From contig CAWGBN010000008.1 of the NCBI GenBank assembly GCA_963820825.1, forward strand, positions 32,001 to 96,000: a stretch of 64,000 nucleotides of DNA, written 5' to 3'. A program made the translations under genes and the position numbers. Below are positions 1 through 8,430 of the stretch, piece by piece. Below the pieces are notes generated by a model. The model was not told where the DNA came from. It searched no databases and saw only the letters and a program-made list of their open reading frames with translations. Numbering within the stretch: the stretch's first letter is position 1; every line of letters begins with the position of its first letter. This DNA is from Vulcanimicrobiota bacterium (GTDB taxonomy: Bacteria; Vulcanimicrobiota; Vulcanimicrobiia; Vulcanimicrobiales; Vulcanimicrobiaceae).

Positions 1-2
1 TG

Positions 3-1019
3 AAGGCAAAGCTTCCGTGGTACGTTCCGGCCGTCGGCATTCTAACGGCCGGCGAAGAACGCGACGTTCGGCGCGCTCTCTCATTTGGCGAGCATGCGTT
101 CTGGGGCATTACCTGGAACAGTCGCGGTACCGACGAGACATTCGACTACGGCGCGCCATGGGGCACCTATTGCGCCGACGTTCATTCCTACAAGCGGCCG
201 CAGCCGGATGGGGGGTGCGCGCTGCTCGCCTTTGAGTGGACGGCGCGCGATCTGACGCGCGCGTACCTTAGCGGGCGTGAAGCGGCCTTCTCTACCGACC
301 CCGACGATCTGTTGCGGCGCGGTGGATTCTCTCCGAAGAGCGCTGCCGCGTATTCGCGAAGAATTGTCGATGCATATGCTGCGGCCGGTCAGTCCCAGCC
401 GATCGTCATGATCGTGCAGCAGGAGGCAAGTGACGGCTCCATTGCGGCCGACGCGGCGGTCTTGAGTGCGTTGTTCGACGAGGCCGTGCGTGACGGAATG
501 AAACTCGAAACGCTAAGTCAGGCGTCTCGAGACGCTCGCACGTTCTCTGCCGCGCCGCGTGCGGTAGCGTTTCCGTACATATTTGGAGGTAGAGAAGTTA
601 AGTCAGACGTGCTTCACGGCGGCACGCTCTATCCGGCGACGATCGACTATCACGACTCCCGCGTCAGCATGACATTTCTTTCGGGGCACACGTTGCCGAC
701 CCGGGTGTTCCGATACGCGGACTATCCGGTCTCGCGTTTCAATCGCCCGCTACCCGAAGTGCCGGTTCGGGAGATGCCGTTGCTTCTGCGCGCGAGCGTT
801 AAGGACGGATGGCTGACGTTCGCGTTCGCAGCGCCCCGAGCACTGCGTTTCGGAGTGGCAATCTGGAGCGATCCGTCGCAACTGAAGATTACCGGTCCTG
901 GGGAGATCCGCGCGGGGCGCGCGGCTACGGTCTTGGTCTTTGACCTCAAGGCCGGCACGAGCAACGTGCGCTATCGCTGTAGGGGCTGTCGCAGCTCGAC
1001 GTTTACCTATTCGCTGTAG
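3..1019 (+). CDS. Hypothetical protein, 5'-truncated by the window edge
   Basis: Frame 3 is open from position 3 (KAKLPWYVPAVG...FWGITWNS...GAPWGTYC...) through the 312..1019 ORF. No family recognised with confidence. Confidence 0.75.
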   Translation, partial: KAKLPWYVPAVGILTAGEERDVRRALSFGEHAFWGITWNSRGTDETFDYGAPWGTYCADVHSYKRPQPDGGCALLAFEWTARDLTRAYLSGREAAFSTDPDDLLRRGGFSPKSAAAYSRRIVDAYAAAGQSQPIVMIVQQEASDGSIAADAAVLSALFDEAVRDGMKLETLSQASRDARTFSAAPRAVAFPYIFGGREVKSDVLHGGTLYPATIDYHDSRVSMTFLSGHTLPTRVFRYADYPVSRFNRPLPEVPVREMPLLLRASVKDGWLTFAFAAPRALRFGVAIWSDPSQLKITGPGEIRAGRAATVLVFDLKAGTSNVRYRCRGCRSSTFTYSL

Positions 1020-1031
1020 GCAAGACCACCC

Positions 1032-1056
1032 CGCCCGCGAGCCCGCACCGCGCTAG
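1032..1056 (+). repeat. 25-bp direct repeat, copy 1 (partner at 10161-10185)
   Basis: cgcccgcgagcccgcaccgcgctag vs cgcccgcgaggccgcatcgcgctag, 23/25 identical. Confidence 0.7.
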
Positions 1057-1154
1057 AAGGTCTTTAATCACTGATCTAAAACTGAGTCCAGCGCTACCCC
1101 GCGGTGCCGTGTCAGCATCCAATTATTGAACGAAATGTTGGAGAAGCACTAACA

Positions 1155-1390
1155 TTGCGAACGTCGGAAAACGCCTTCGCCGTGCGCGCTTCACCCCGTA
1201 TATTTCGTGCGGTCGGCGCGCTCGCTGTCCTTTGGGTACCCAGCCTTGCGGCATCGGCGCAGTCGGCGACGCCCAGCCCTGCGCCGTCTTCGACGCCGGC
1301 ATCGGTCTGGCAACAATCCGCCGAACACGCACTTCGCGATCTTTGATCCCTGCGGCGGCCCCAAGGAACTGCTTAATAAGTTTGGCCCCA
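1155..1390 (+). pseudogene. Fragment of a secreted-protein gene (signal peptide plus P/S/T linker), frameshifted and truncated
   Basis: AVGALAVLWVPSLAASAQSATPSPAPSSTPAS in one frame continues as GNNPPNTHFAIFDPCGGPKELLNKFGP in another frame near 1305, then loses coding character. Confidence 0.4.
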
Positions 1391-1580
1391 GGCGCTCCGC
1401 TACGCGATCGGCGTGGGCCTCGTGCCAAACACCCTAAAGGTATCCGCGGAAACGAATCGCTCGGATCGATCTCAGCAACCCGCTCACCGCGCTGATCGCA
1501 ACCGCGCTGTCCTGGAGCGGCCTTACGATCTGGACATTAAGCTGGTTCGTATCCATGCCTCTGCTCGGCTTTCTACTCGC

Positions 1581-1610
1581 ACGCTTGCGGCCTGTTCGCG
1601 GAATCGCGGG
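1581..1610 (+). repeat. Degenerate HTH-tail remnant, copy A (TLAACSRNR)
   Basis: 21/27 nt identical to 2848-2874, with mostly third-position differences. Confidence 0.45.
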
Positions 1611-1733
1611 GAATCACTTTTCCGGAAATGCCTAGTTTTGCAAGGAAAACCACGGCTTTCTATGTACTCTGAGCATTCGGATCAAGCATGATTAGCGATG
1701 AAATAGGTGCGAGACACAAATAGGAGGGCTCCA

Positions 1734-2822
1734 ATGAAATCCTCGAGATTGGCATCCGGCGTCTTGGGCGCCATCGCCGCCGTCGCGCTTTTGGCCGGAT
1801 GCGGCAGCGGGCTACACTCCTCGTCCTTTGCGTCGGCCGGACAAGGCTTGGCGTCCGGGGGACGCGGGCTCGGACCGATCGGGCACCACTACCTGGCGAA
1901 CTACACCTCGGTACGCGCGCCCCAAGTCAAGCCCGACCATCACAAATCGTGGGTCTCGCCGGACGTCAAGAGAGCGCCTCGTTTACTCTTCGTCTCGGAC
2001 GACTCCTCCAACGACGTGTACATCTTCACGATGCCGGCGATGCAACTCAAGGGTACGCTGACGGGCTTTAACGGGCCGCAGGGTATGTGCTCGGACAAGC
2101 AAGGCAATATCTGGGTTGTCAATACCGGCACCAAACAGGGCCTCAAGTACTCGCGCACCGGCCAATTGCTGGGCTCGGTGAGCGATCCGTCCGGAACTCC
2201 GGTGGGTTGCGCGGTCAATCCGGCCAACGGCGACCTGGCCCTCAGCGAAACCCAAGGCTCCAGCGGCGCGGGCGCCATCGAAGTCTACCACAATGGCTCG
2301 GGAAGCCCCACCAGATATAGCAACCCGTCACAGTACGAGTACTTCTTCCCGGCGTACGACACCGATGGCAATCTTTACGCCGACGGCTTCAACTACCCGA
2401 CCTTTGCCGTCATGATTTCGGAGCTGCCGTCGGGGAGCAGTGCGATGCATACCGTCAACTACAGCGGCGGAACGATTCAATTTCCGGGTGGCGTGAACTG
2501 GGATAGAGTGAAGGGCCAGCTGGTCATCAACGATCAGGAGTGCCAGGGAGTCTACGCTTCGTGCGCGTACCAGCTGACGGTATCGGGTTCGAGCGCGACG
2601 ATTGTCGGATCCACTCCGCTGAACAACTTCGACGGCACCGCCTGCGACGTCGATCAAGGCACGATCGCTCCGTTTGGCAAGTACTTCGCGGGCCCGTGCA
2701 TCACCTTCGCATACAGCGTGAGCTCAGTGGATCGTTGGGCGTATCCGTCGGGCGGTACGCCGGGTCACTACAACAACTCGTTGGTCATCGAACCGATCGG
2801 TTCGGCAATCAGCAATAAGTAG
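1734..2822 (+). CDS. Lipoprotein with NHL/SMP-30-like beta-propeller
   Basis: RBS AGGAGG before ATG 1734, lipobox LLAGC, repeated PxG-x-D-xx-GN-(I/L)(W/Y)V propeller motifs. Confidence 0.8.
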   Translation: MKSSRLASGVLGAIAAVALLAGCGSGLHSSSFASAGQGLASGGRGLGPIGHHYLANYTSVRAPQVKPDHHKSWVSPDVKRAPRLLFVSDDSSNDVYIFTMPAMQLKGTLTGFNGPQGMCSDKQGNIWVVNTGTKQGLKYSRTGQLLGSVSDPSGTPVGCAVNPANGDLALSETQGSSGAGAIEVYHNGSGSPTRYSNPSQYEYFFPAYDTDGNLYADGFNYPTFAVMISELPSGSSAMHTVNYSGGTIQFPGGVNWDRVKGQLVINDQECQGVYASCAYQLTVSGSSATIVGSTPLNNFDGTACDVDQGTIAPFGKYFAGPCITFAYSVSSVDRWAYPSGGTPGHYNNSLVIEPIGSAISNK

Positions 2823-2844
2823 CCGCGATTGTTCGAACGCCACC

Positions 2845-2937
2845 CTATCGCTCGCGGCTTGTTCGCGCATTCGGGCCGGGGCGCAGGTGCCGCATCCGCG
2901 GCATTGGGACGCGCTTCTCCAACATGCGCACTCGTAA
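2845..2937 (+). pseudogene. HTH-tail remnant, copy B (LSLAACSRIRAGAQVPHPRHWDALLQHAHS*), putative 3' end of a stand-alone cas1-like gene
   Basis: 51/60 nt and 18/20 aa identical to 5804-5863, keeps a stop codon, has no start. The Cas1 assignment is from recall only. Confidence 0.6.
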
Positions 2938-3019
2938 GCGCTCGCTCGGCTGGGGTAGCGCTGCGGCGTATCGAATGTAATTAGTCGTCGAACTGTCGAG
3001 GCCTCGGGGAGCAAATCAA

Positions 3020-4270
3020 ATGAGGATTTTTTCTTTCAACTGCTACGCGCTAAGTGTCAGCGTCGCGGCAGTATTGGTTACCGGGTGCGCGGGATCGCAG
3101 CCAATCGGCGCGCCAAGCGCGGCGCTGCAAAGCGGCATCAGGCCTGGATCGTCATCCTACAAGGTGCTCTACGCATTCGATGGCTTTCCGAACGGGGAAC
3201 AGCCGATCGGTGGGCTACTCGACGTCGGCGGCACGCTCTACGGCGCCGCCTCCAACGGCGGCCAAAGAAACTGCCGCCCGCGGGCAAGCGGCGGCTGTGG
3301 AACCGTTTTCAGCATTACGCCGAAGGGTGCGGAAAAACTGCTCTACACCTTCACGACAAAAACCGGAGTATACCCGGAGTCGGGTTTGATCGACGTCGAC
3401 GGCACCTTGTACGGCACGACGTATGAGGGTGGTCCAACCGGCGGCGGAACCGTTTACAGCGTCAGCACGACCGGATCTGAGGCAGTACTTTATAGTTTCA
3501 AAGGTACCACGGACGGCACGTATCCTCACGCAGGCGTGATCTCCGTAAAGCATATCCTCTACGGGACCAACACGTACGGCGGCGGTCGCCACCGCGACGG
3601 AGGAACCGTTTACAGCCTCACCCTGTCAGGCGTGCATACGGTCCTGCACAGCTTCAGAGCGACGACGGACGGGCACGACCCCGAGGGCGGTTTGATCGAC
3701 GTCCACGGCATACTGTACGGAACGACGGTTTTCGTTAGCCGTGCAGCAACCTGCTGCGGAATCGTTTATAGCATGACAACGACCGGCCAGGAGACGGTGC
3801 TGTATCGTTTTGCGGGTGGCTCCGATGGGCGCGGCCCGACGGGCGATTTGCTGAACGTCAACGGCACGCTCTACGGCACGACCAGTAGCGGCGGCGGCAC
3901 GGGATGCGGAGGCAACGGCTGCGGAACAGTCTACACCATAACGCCGAGCGGCACGGAGAACGTGCTCTACAAGTTCTTAGGCGGCTCCGACGGCGCGAAT
4001 CCAGAAGCCGGTTTGATCGATGTAAACGGCACGCTTTACGGCACGACGGCCGGCGGCGGCGCGGCCTCGTGCTCCTGCGGCACCGTCTACAGCATCAGCA
4101 CCAGCGGCACGGAGACCGTGCTCCATGCGTTCACCGGCGGCACCGACGGTAAGGACCCGCGGGCGCCATTGACCGCCGTCAAGGGCACACTCTACGGCAC
4201 CACTGCATACGGCAGCGATGGATGCAAGTCCCAAGAAGGTTGTGGAACGGTCTTCGCGTTGACTCCTTAA
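3020..4270 (+). CDS. GloVer (TIGR03803-like) repeat lipoprotein, 7 repeats
   Basis: Lipobox VTGC, seven xGxLYGTT...GG...GTV(F/Y)S repeats, ends GTVFALTP. Confidence 0.85.
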   Translation: MRIFSFNCYALSVSVAAVLVTGCAGSQPIGAPSAALQSGIRPGSSSYKVLYAFDGFPNGEQPIGGLLDVGGTLYGAASNGGQRNCRPRASGGCGTVFSITPKGAEKLLYTFTTKTGVYPESGLIDVDGTLYGTTYEGGPTGGGTVYSVSTTGSEAVLYSFKGTTDGTYPHAGVISVKHILYGTNTYGGGRHRDGGTVYSLTLSGVHTVLHSFRATTDGHDPEGGLIDVHGILYGTTVFVSRAATCCGIVYSMTTTGQETVLYRFAGGSDGRGPTGDLLNVNGTLYGTTSSGGGTGCGGNGCGTVYTITPSGTENVLYKFLGGSDGANPEAGLIDVNGTLYGTTAGGGAASCSCGTVYSISTSGTETVLHAFTGGTDGKDPRAPLTAVKGTLYGTTAYGSDGCKSQEGCGTVFALTP

Positions 4271-4343
4271 ATCGCGCAAGGCGCATTTGGAATTACGGCT
4301 AACCCGTTCGCGACTGCACAGCCGGTAAAAAGGAGCAAAGCTT

Positions 4344-5609
4344 GTGACACACTGGAATCTTAATCGCTACGCGTTGAGATGCGGCGTCGTCGCTGCATTG
4401 CTTGCTGGCTGCGGGGGATCGCAGCCCCCGATCGACGCGCCTGGTCTAATGGCTCAAGGTCCAGCGCTCGCGGCACGCACCAGTAGCTCGAACTACAAGG
4501 TCGTGTATAGCTTTGGCGCACCCCCGGATGGAGGCTGCCCCCTCGCCGGTCTGATCGACGTGGGCGGCACGCTCTACGGAACGACGAGCGGAGGCGGGGC
4601 ATACACTATCGATAGCAACTGCTTTTATCACACGGGTCTATTCGGAACGGTCTTCAGTATTACAACGGGCGGCAAGGAGAACGTGCTGCACAGCTTCGGC
4701 AACTATCCAGACGGGAGCGAACCTGTTGCCGGCCTAATCGACGTGCACGGCACGCTCTACGGCACGACGAGGGGAGGCGGCAGCACCGCTGGGGGCGGCG
4801 GAACCGTCTTTAGCATCACCACGAGCGGCACCGAGCACGTTCTGCACAGCTTCCTTGGCAGAAAACCTGATGGCGATAATCCCAACGCATCTCTGATCGA
4901 GCTAAAGGGTAAGCTCTACGGCACGACGAGCAATGGCGGCAAGCACGTGAACAGCGGCGGAACGTTCTTCAGCCTTACGGCGGACGGCACGGAGAAAGTG
5001 CTCCACTTTTTCGGAGGAAGCCACGGCAGGAATGTCGAGGCGGGCCTAATCGATGCCGGCGGCGCGCTCTACGGCACGGCTTATTCGGGGGGCGCTTACC
5101 ACAAGGGCGTGGTCTTTAGAATCACTCCAAGCGGCAGGGAGAAGGTGCTCCACAGCTTCGGCAACGGAACCGATGGCGCTTATCCCACCGCATCCTTGAT
5201 CGAGGTAAACGGCACGCTCTACGGCACGACAGAATTCGGTGGCGCGTACAAAGGTGGCACGGTTTTTAGCATCAGCACGAGCGGCACGGAAGAAGTGCTG
5301 CACAGCTTCGGCTACGGGACCGATGGCGCTGATCCCGCGGCATCCCTAATCGAGGTAAACGGCACGCTCTACGGCACGACCAGCGAAGGCGGGTCGTACA
5401 GGTGCGGCCGCACCACTAAGTATTTCAACTGTGGAACTGTGTTCAGCATAACGCCAAGCGGCACGGAAGAGGTGCTCCACAGCTTCAGCAAAGGAACCGA
5501 CGGCACTCATCCGGTCGCGCCCCTGATCGACTTGAAGGGCACACTGTACGGCACGACGGAATATGGCGGCGCCAACCAAAACGGAACGGTCTTCGCGTTG
5601 ACTCCATAA
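4344..5609 (+). CDS. GloVer (TIGR03803-like) repeat lipoprotein, 7 repeats
   Basis: RBS AGGAG, lipobox LLAGC, seven LYGTT repeats, ends GTVFALTP. Confidence 0.85.
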   Translation: MTHWNLNRYALRCGVVAALLAGCGGSQPPIDAPGLMAQGPALAARTSSSNYKVVYSFGAPPDGGCPLAGLIDVGGTLYGTTSGGGAYTIDSNCFYHTGLFGTVFSITTGGKENVLHSFGNYPDGSEPVAGLIDVHGTLYGTTRGGGSTAGGGGTVFSITTSGTEHVLHSFLGRKPDGDNPNASLIELKGKLYGTTSNGGKHVNSGGTFFSLTADGTEKVLHFFGGSHGRNVEAGLIDAGGALYGTAYSGGAYHKGVVFRITPSGREKVLHSFGNGTDGAYPTASLIEVNGTLYGTTEFGGAYKGGTVFSISTSGTEEVLHSFGYGTDGADPAASLIEVNGTLYGTTSEGGSYRCGRTTKYFNCGTVFSITPSGTEEVLHSFSKGTDGTHPVAPLIDLKGTLYGTTEYGGANQNGTVFALTP

Positions 5610-5714
5610 CGCGTATTCGCAATCAGGTGGGAGCCTGTACTTGATCCGCGCCGCGTCGACAACAGGAGCAAAGCATTGACTCTTAGTCGCGCCGCAACGC
5701 TGCCGTCAACCACC

Positions 5715-5890
5715 GCGCGAGGCGAGGCGATCAGCGAAGAGTATCGCCGCAATCGCGGCTGGGCGCGTTCTCGCTTAAGGAGATCGCCAAGGTTACAGGG
5801 TTGTCGCTCGCGGCCTGCTCGCGCGTCCGTGCCGGTGCGAGGGTGCCGCATCCGCGGCACTGGCTCGCCTTGCGCGAGCTCGTACAAGGA
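5715..5890 (+). pseudogene. HTH-tail remnant, copy C (ARGEAISEEYRRNRGW / RLGAFSLKEIAKVTGLSLAACSRVRAGARVPHPRHWLALRELV)
   Basis: The frame of 5801 extends upstream to an HTH-like SLKEIAKVTGLSLAACSR, homologous to copy B. The upstream helical segment lies in another frame. Confidence 0.65.
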
Positions 5891-6001
5891 GGAGAGCTTG
5901 GACGTAATCATGGATTCAGGTTAAACCGTGCCTCTCCCAGTTTTTCGCGACTATCGTCCAGCCGGCGACGTAATAGCGCGCTTCCCAACCAAAGGATACG
6001 C

Positions 6002-6433
6002 ATGCGAAACATTTTGATCGTCTTGGTGGCCCTCGTTGTCAGCTTGGTACCCCAAGTCGGCTATGTTCACGCATCGAGCACGCCTCCCACAACGGTTACG
6101 GCCATTGACATAGCCCTGGAGCCAGATGCGACGATGCTCCAGCACGCGGCGGCACTCAACGCGCGGTTGCGACAAAGCTTTCCAAAAGGATACGCACTCA
6201 ATGCGAGTCACCGCCCGCATGTGACCATGCTCCAACGGTACGTCCGCACAGCGGACCTCCCCAGAGTGTACGCAGCAGTAGAAAAAATCATGAGCGCAAA
6301 GAGTCCAGCAAGGTGGAAGCTTCAAGCATTCAAAATCGACCATGCCGTTTGGAGCGGCCTGGCTCTCACGGTCATTCTCGCCAAACCGCCGGCGTACGGC
6401 ATGGGCCGCTACACTCTTGCGCATGGAGTATGA
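6002..6433 (+). pseudogene. Truncated secreted 2H phosphoesterase (2'-5' RNA ligase superfamily) gene
   Basis: Signal peptide, then AIDIALEPDATML...PHVTMLQ with only the first HxT motif. It runs directly into the RBS of the next gene. Confidence 0.6.
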
Positions 6434-6434
6434 A

Positions 6435-7664
6435 ATGATTGCACGTTTCCGCGGCGTTGTCATGATCGCGGTGGTCGCGGCAATGCTCGCGAATTGCGAT
6501 GGATTGCAGACGTCGGTCAGACAGCCAGGCGCGATGCCCCAAAACATCACGGCGCCGGCGGCGTCGCAGCATTTGGGATCATCCGGCTACAAAATCCTCA
6601 CGAGCTTCAGCGGCCTTAATGGCGACAAGAACCCTGCTGGGGATGTAGTCGCGATGCGTGGTAAGCTATACGGCACTACCAGCGCGGGTGGTGTGCTTGG
6701 CGCAGTCTTCAGCGTAAACCCGGCTACCGGCACCGAGAGGGTGTTGCACCATTTTCAAGGCCAACCCGATGGCGCTGCCCCCCTCGCCGGTTTGACCGCC
6801 GTCGACGGCAAGCTCTACGGCACTACCGCTAGCGGGGGTGTGTATGAGGCCGGAACCGTATTCAGCGTGACCCGAGGCGGTAAAGAAACCGTGTTGTACA
6901 GCTTCGGCGGCTACGGCTCTGATGGCGAGTTGCCTCAGGCACCCTTGATATACGTGAATAGCGAGCTGTACGGTACGACATATAATGGCACCGGTTCTGC
7001 GGGCTCTGGTACAGTCTTCAGCGTTACTTTGAATGGCCAAGAGACAGTGCTGCATCGCTTTACGAATTATCCTAGTGACGGCGCGTGGCCCTTGGCTGGG
7101 CTCACCTATGTAAACGGGCTCCTATATGGCACTACGACTGCCGGCGGAACGACGCACGGGACTCATGGCGCGGGGACCGTCTTTAGCATCACGTCAGACG
7201 GTAGAGAGAACCTAGTTTTCAGTTTTCTTGGAGACACGAATGGCTCCGACCCAATGGCAGGCTTGATCAGCGCCAACGGCGCCCTCTACGGCACGACCAC
7301 GCAAGGCGGCAAGTACCGCTGTGGTACGGTTTTCCGCATCAGCAAGAGTGGGAGTGAAAAGGTCGTCCACAACTTTCGAAATGTTCCCGATGGCTGCTTC
7401 CCATATGCTGGATTGATCGATGTAAAGGGTACGCTTTACGGGACGACCGGCCACGGCGGATCATACTACCAAGGACGCGATGGTGGCGGAACCGTGTTCA
7501 GCATCGCGCCAACCGGCAAAGAAACGGTGCTGCATAGCTTTGGCTCGGGCACAGACGGGTCTGACCCGCTAGCCGGACTCACGAACCTGCACGGCACACT
7601 TTACGGAACGACAAGTCGAGGCGGCGCTCACGGTTACGGAACAGTCTTTGCATTGACCCCATAG
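6435..7664 (+). CDS. GloVer (TIGR03803-like) repeat protein, 7 repeats, probable lipoprotein
   Basis: GGAG RBS before ATG 6435, atypical lipobox LANC, seven LYGTT repeats, ends GTVFALTP. Confidence 0.85.
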   Translation: MIARFRGVVMIAVVAAMLANCDGLQTSVRQPGAMPQNITAPAASQHLGSSGYKILTSFSGLNGDKNPAGDVVAMRGKLYGTTSAGGVLGAVFSVNPATGTERVLHHFQGQPDGAAPLAGLTAVDGKLYGTTASGGVYEAGTVFSVTRGGKETVLYSFGGYGSDGELPQAPLIYVNSELYGTTYNGTGSAGSGTVFSVTLNGQETVLHRFTNYPSDGAWPLAGLTYVNGLLYGTTTAGGTTHGTHGAGTVFSITSDGRENLVFSFLGDTNGSDPMAGLISANGALYGTTTQGGKYRCGTVFRISKSGSEKVVHNFRNVPDGCFPYAGLIDVKGTLYGTTGHGGSYYQGRDGGGTVFSIAPTGKETVLHSFGSGTDGSDPLAGLTNLHGTLYGTTSRGGAHGYGTVFALTP

Positions 7665-7858
7665 CGGACGGCTCCCCGTACGCGAAATGGGTGCTTAGCG
7701 GAGGAGAGACGCACATCGATGCATCGGCGATCACATTCCATCCCCGTGCAGCGCCAAAAGCGTTACGCCATATAGCCTTTTCGCGACGCCGCGCGATTTG
7801 CAAACGGCGCTGCAAACTTTGCACGCGGCGCGGGCGATCGAGCGCGCTACCAAAAAGC

Positions 7859-8422
7859 CTGATATGTTACCGAACGGGCCGCGTTGAACGGTTCCCTTAA
7901 CCCGAAAGGGCGGGTCGGCACATCCTAAAACGCCTTGGGCTTCGAGCTCGGAAATAAGATCGATGGCCGACCCGATGACTGCTATCCTAGGAGATCGGAC
8001 CGTATCTTAGGCCGCGTACGTCGCGAAGCCTGTATGCATCAGGGTGATCGTTCGGGATAGCTTGCCGGCGAGTGAGGTGAGCGTGGAGATCCTAGGCATC
8101 GACGTCGGAAAGCACGAGATGCACGCAGTTCTGCTGCAGGACGATCGTTCGACATCGAAAAGCGTCGCCAATTCGGCAGCCGGTTTTAAGCAGTTACAGA
8201 GCTGGCTGCGCAATCGCAAAGCCGAGAGGGTGCACGCGTGCCTCGAGGCCACCGGCGGTTGGAGCGAAGATCTGGCGCTCGCGCTGCACGAGGCCGGCCA
8301 TGTCGTCAGCCTGGTCAACCCCATGCGCATCAAAGCATTCGCCAAGAGCGAGATGCTGCGGACAAAAACCGACCGCATCGATGCAGCACTCATTGCACGG
8401 TTCTGTCGTACGCATGTGCCAG
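7859..8422 (+). mobile_element. IS110-family (IS621-like) element: left end plus 5' part of the recombinase gene; right part missing
   Basis: CT core at 7859-7860 predicted from the guide loops, about 220-nt structured non-coding left end, DEDD RuvC-like domain ORF. Confidence 0.85.
7875..8061 (+). ncRNA. IS110 bridge RNA (target-binding and donor-binding loops); 5' end approximate
   Basis: Stem cgggtcggc/gccgacccg (7911-7974) has an internal loop with aaaacgcct and aaataag. Stem gctatcc/ggatagc (7981-8061) has accgtatct and gcatcag. The layout parallels the IS621 bridge RNA and the guides match the left junction. Confidence 0.8.
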
Positions 8423-8430
8423 GGGGCTGA
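8083..8430 (+). pseudogene. IS110 recombinase N-terminal DEDD domain, interrupted by an IS3-family element
   Basis: LGIDVGK...CLEATG...VNP..IKAFA...KTDRIDA motifs. The C-terminal serine (Tnp) domain is absent. Confidence 0.9.

Noticed and set aside
1089..2963. 12-bp inverted repeat cagcgctacccc (1089-1100) / ggggtagcgctg (2952-2963)
   Set aside because: It does not extend and has no flanking target duplication. A match of this length is plausible by chance in GC-rich DNA.
3020..7664. Periodic ggcacgctctacggcacgac repeats as a possible CRISPR array or DGR template/variable repeats
   Set aside because: They are in-frame coding repeats (GTLYGTT) with about 150-170 nt spacing. The differences are not adenine-specific, and there is no reverse transcriptase or cas operon in the window.
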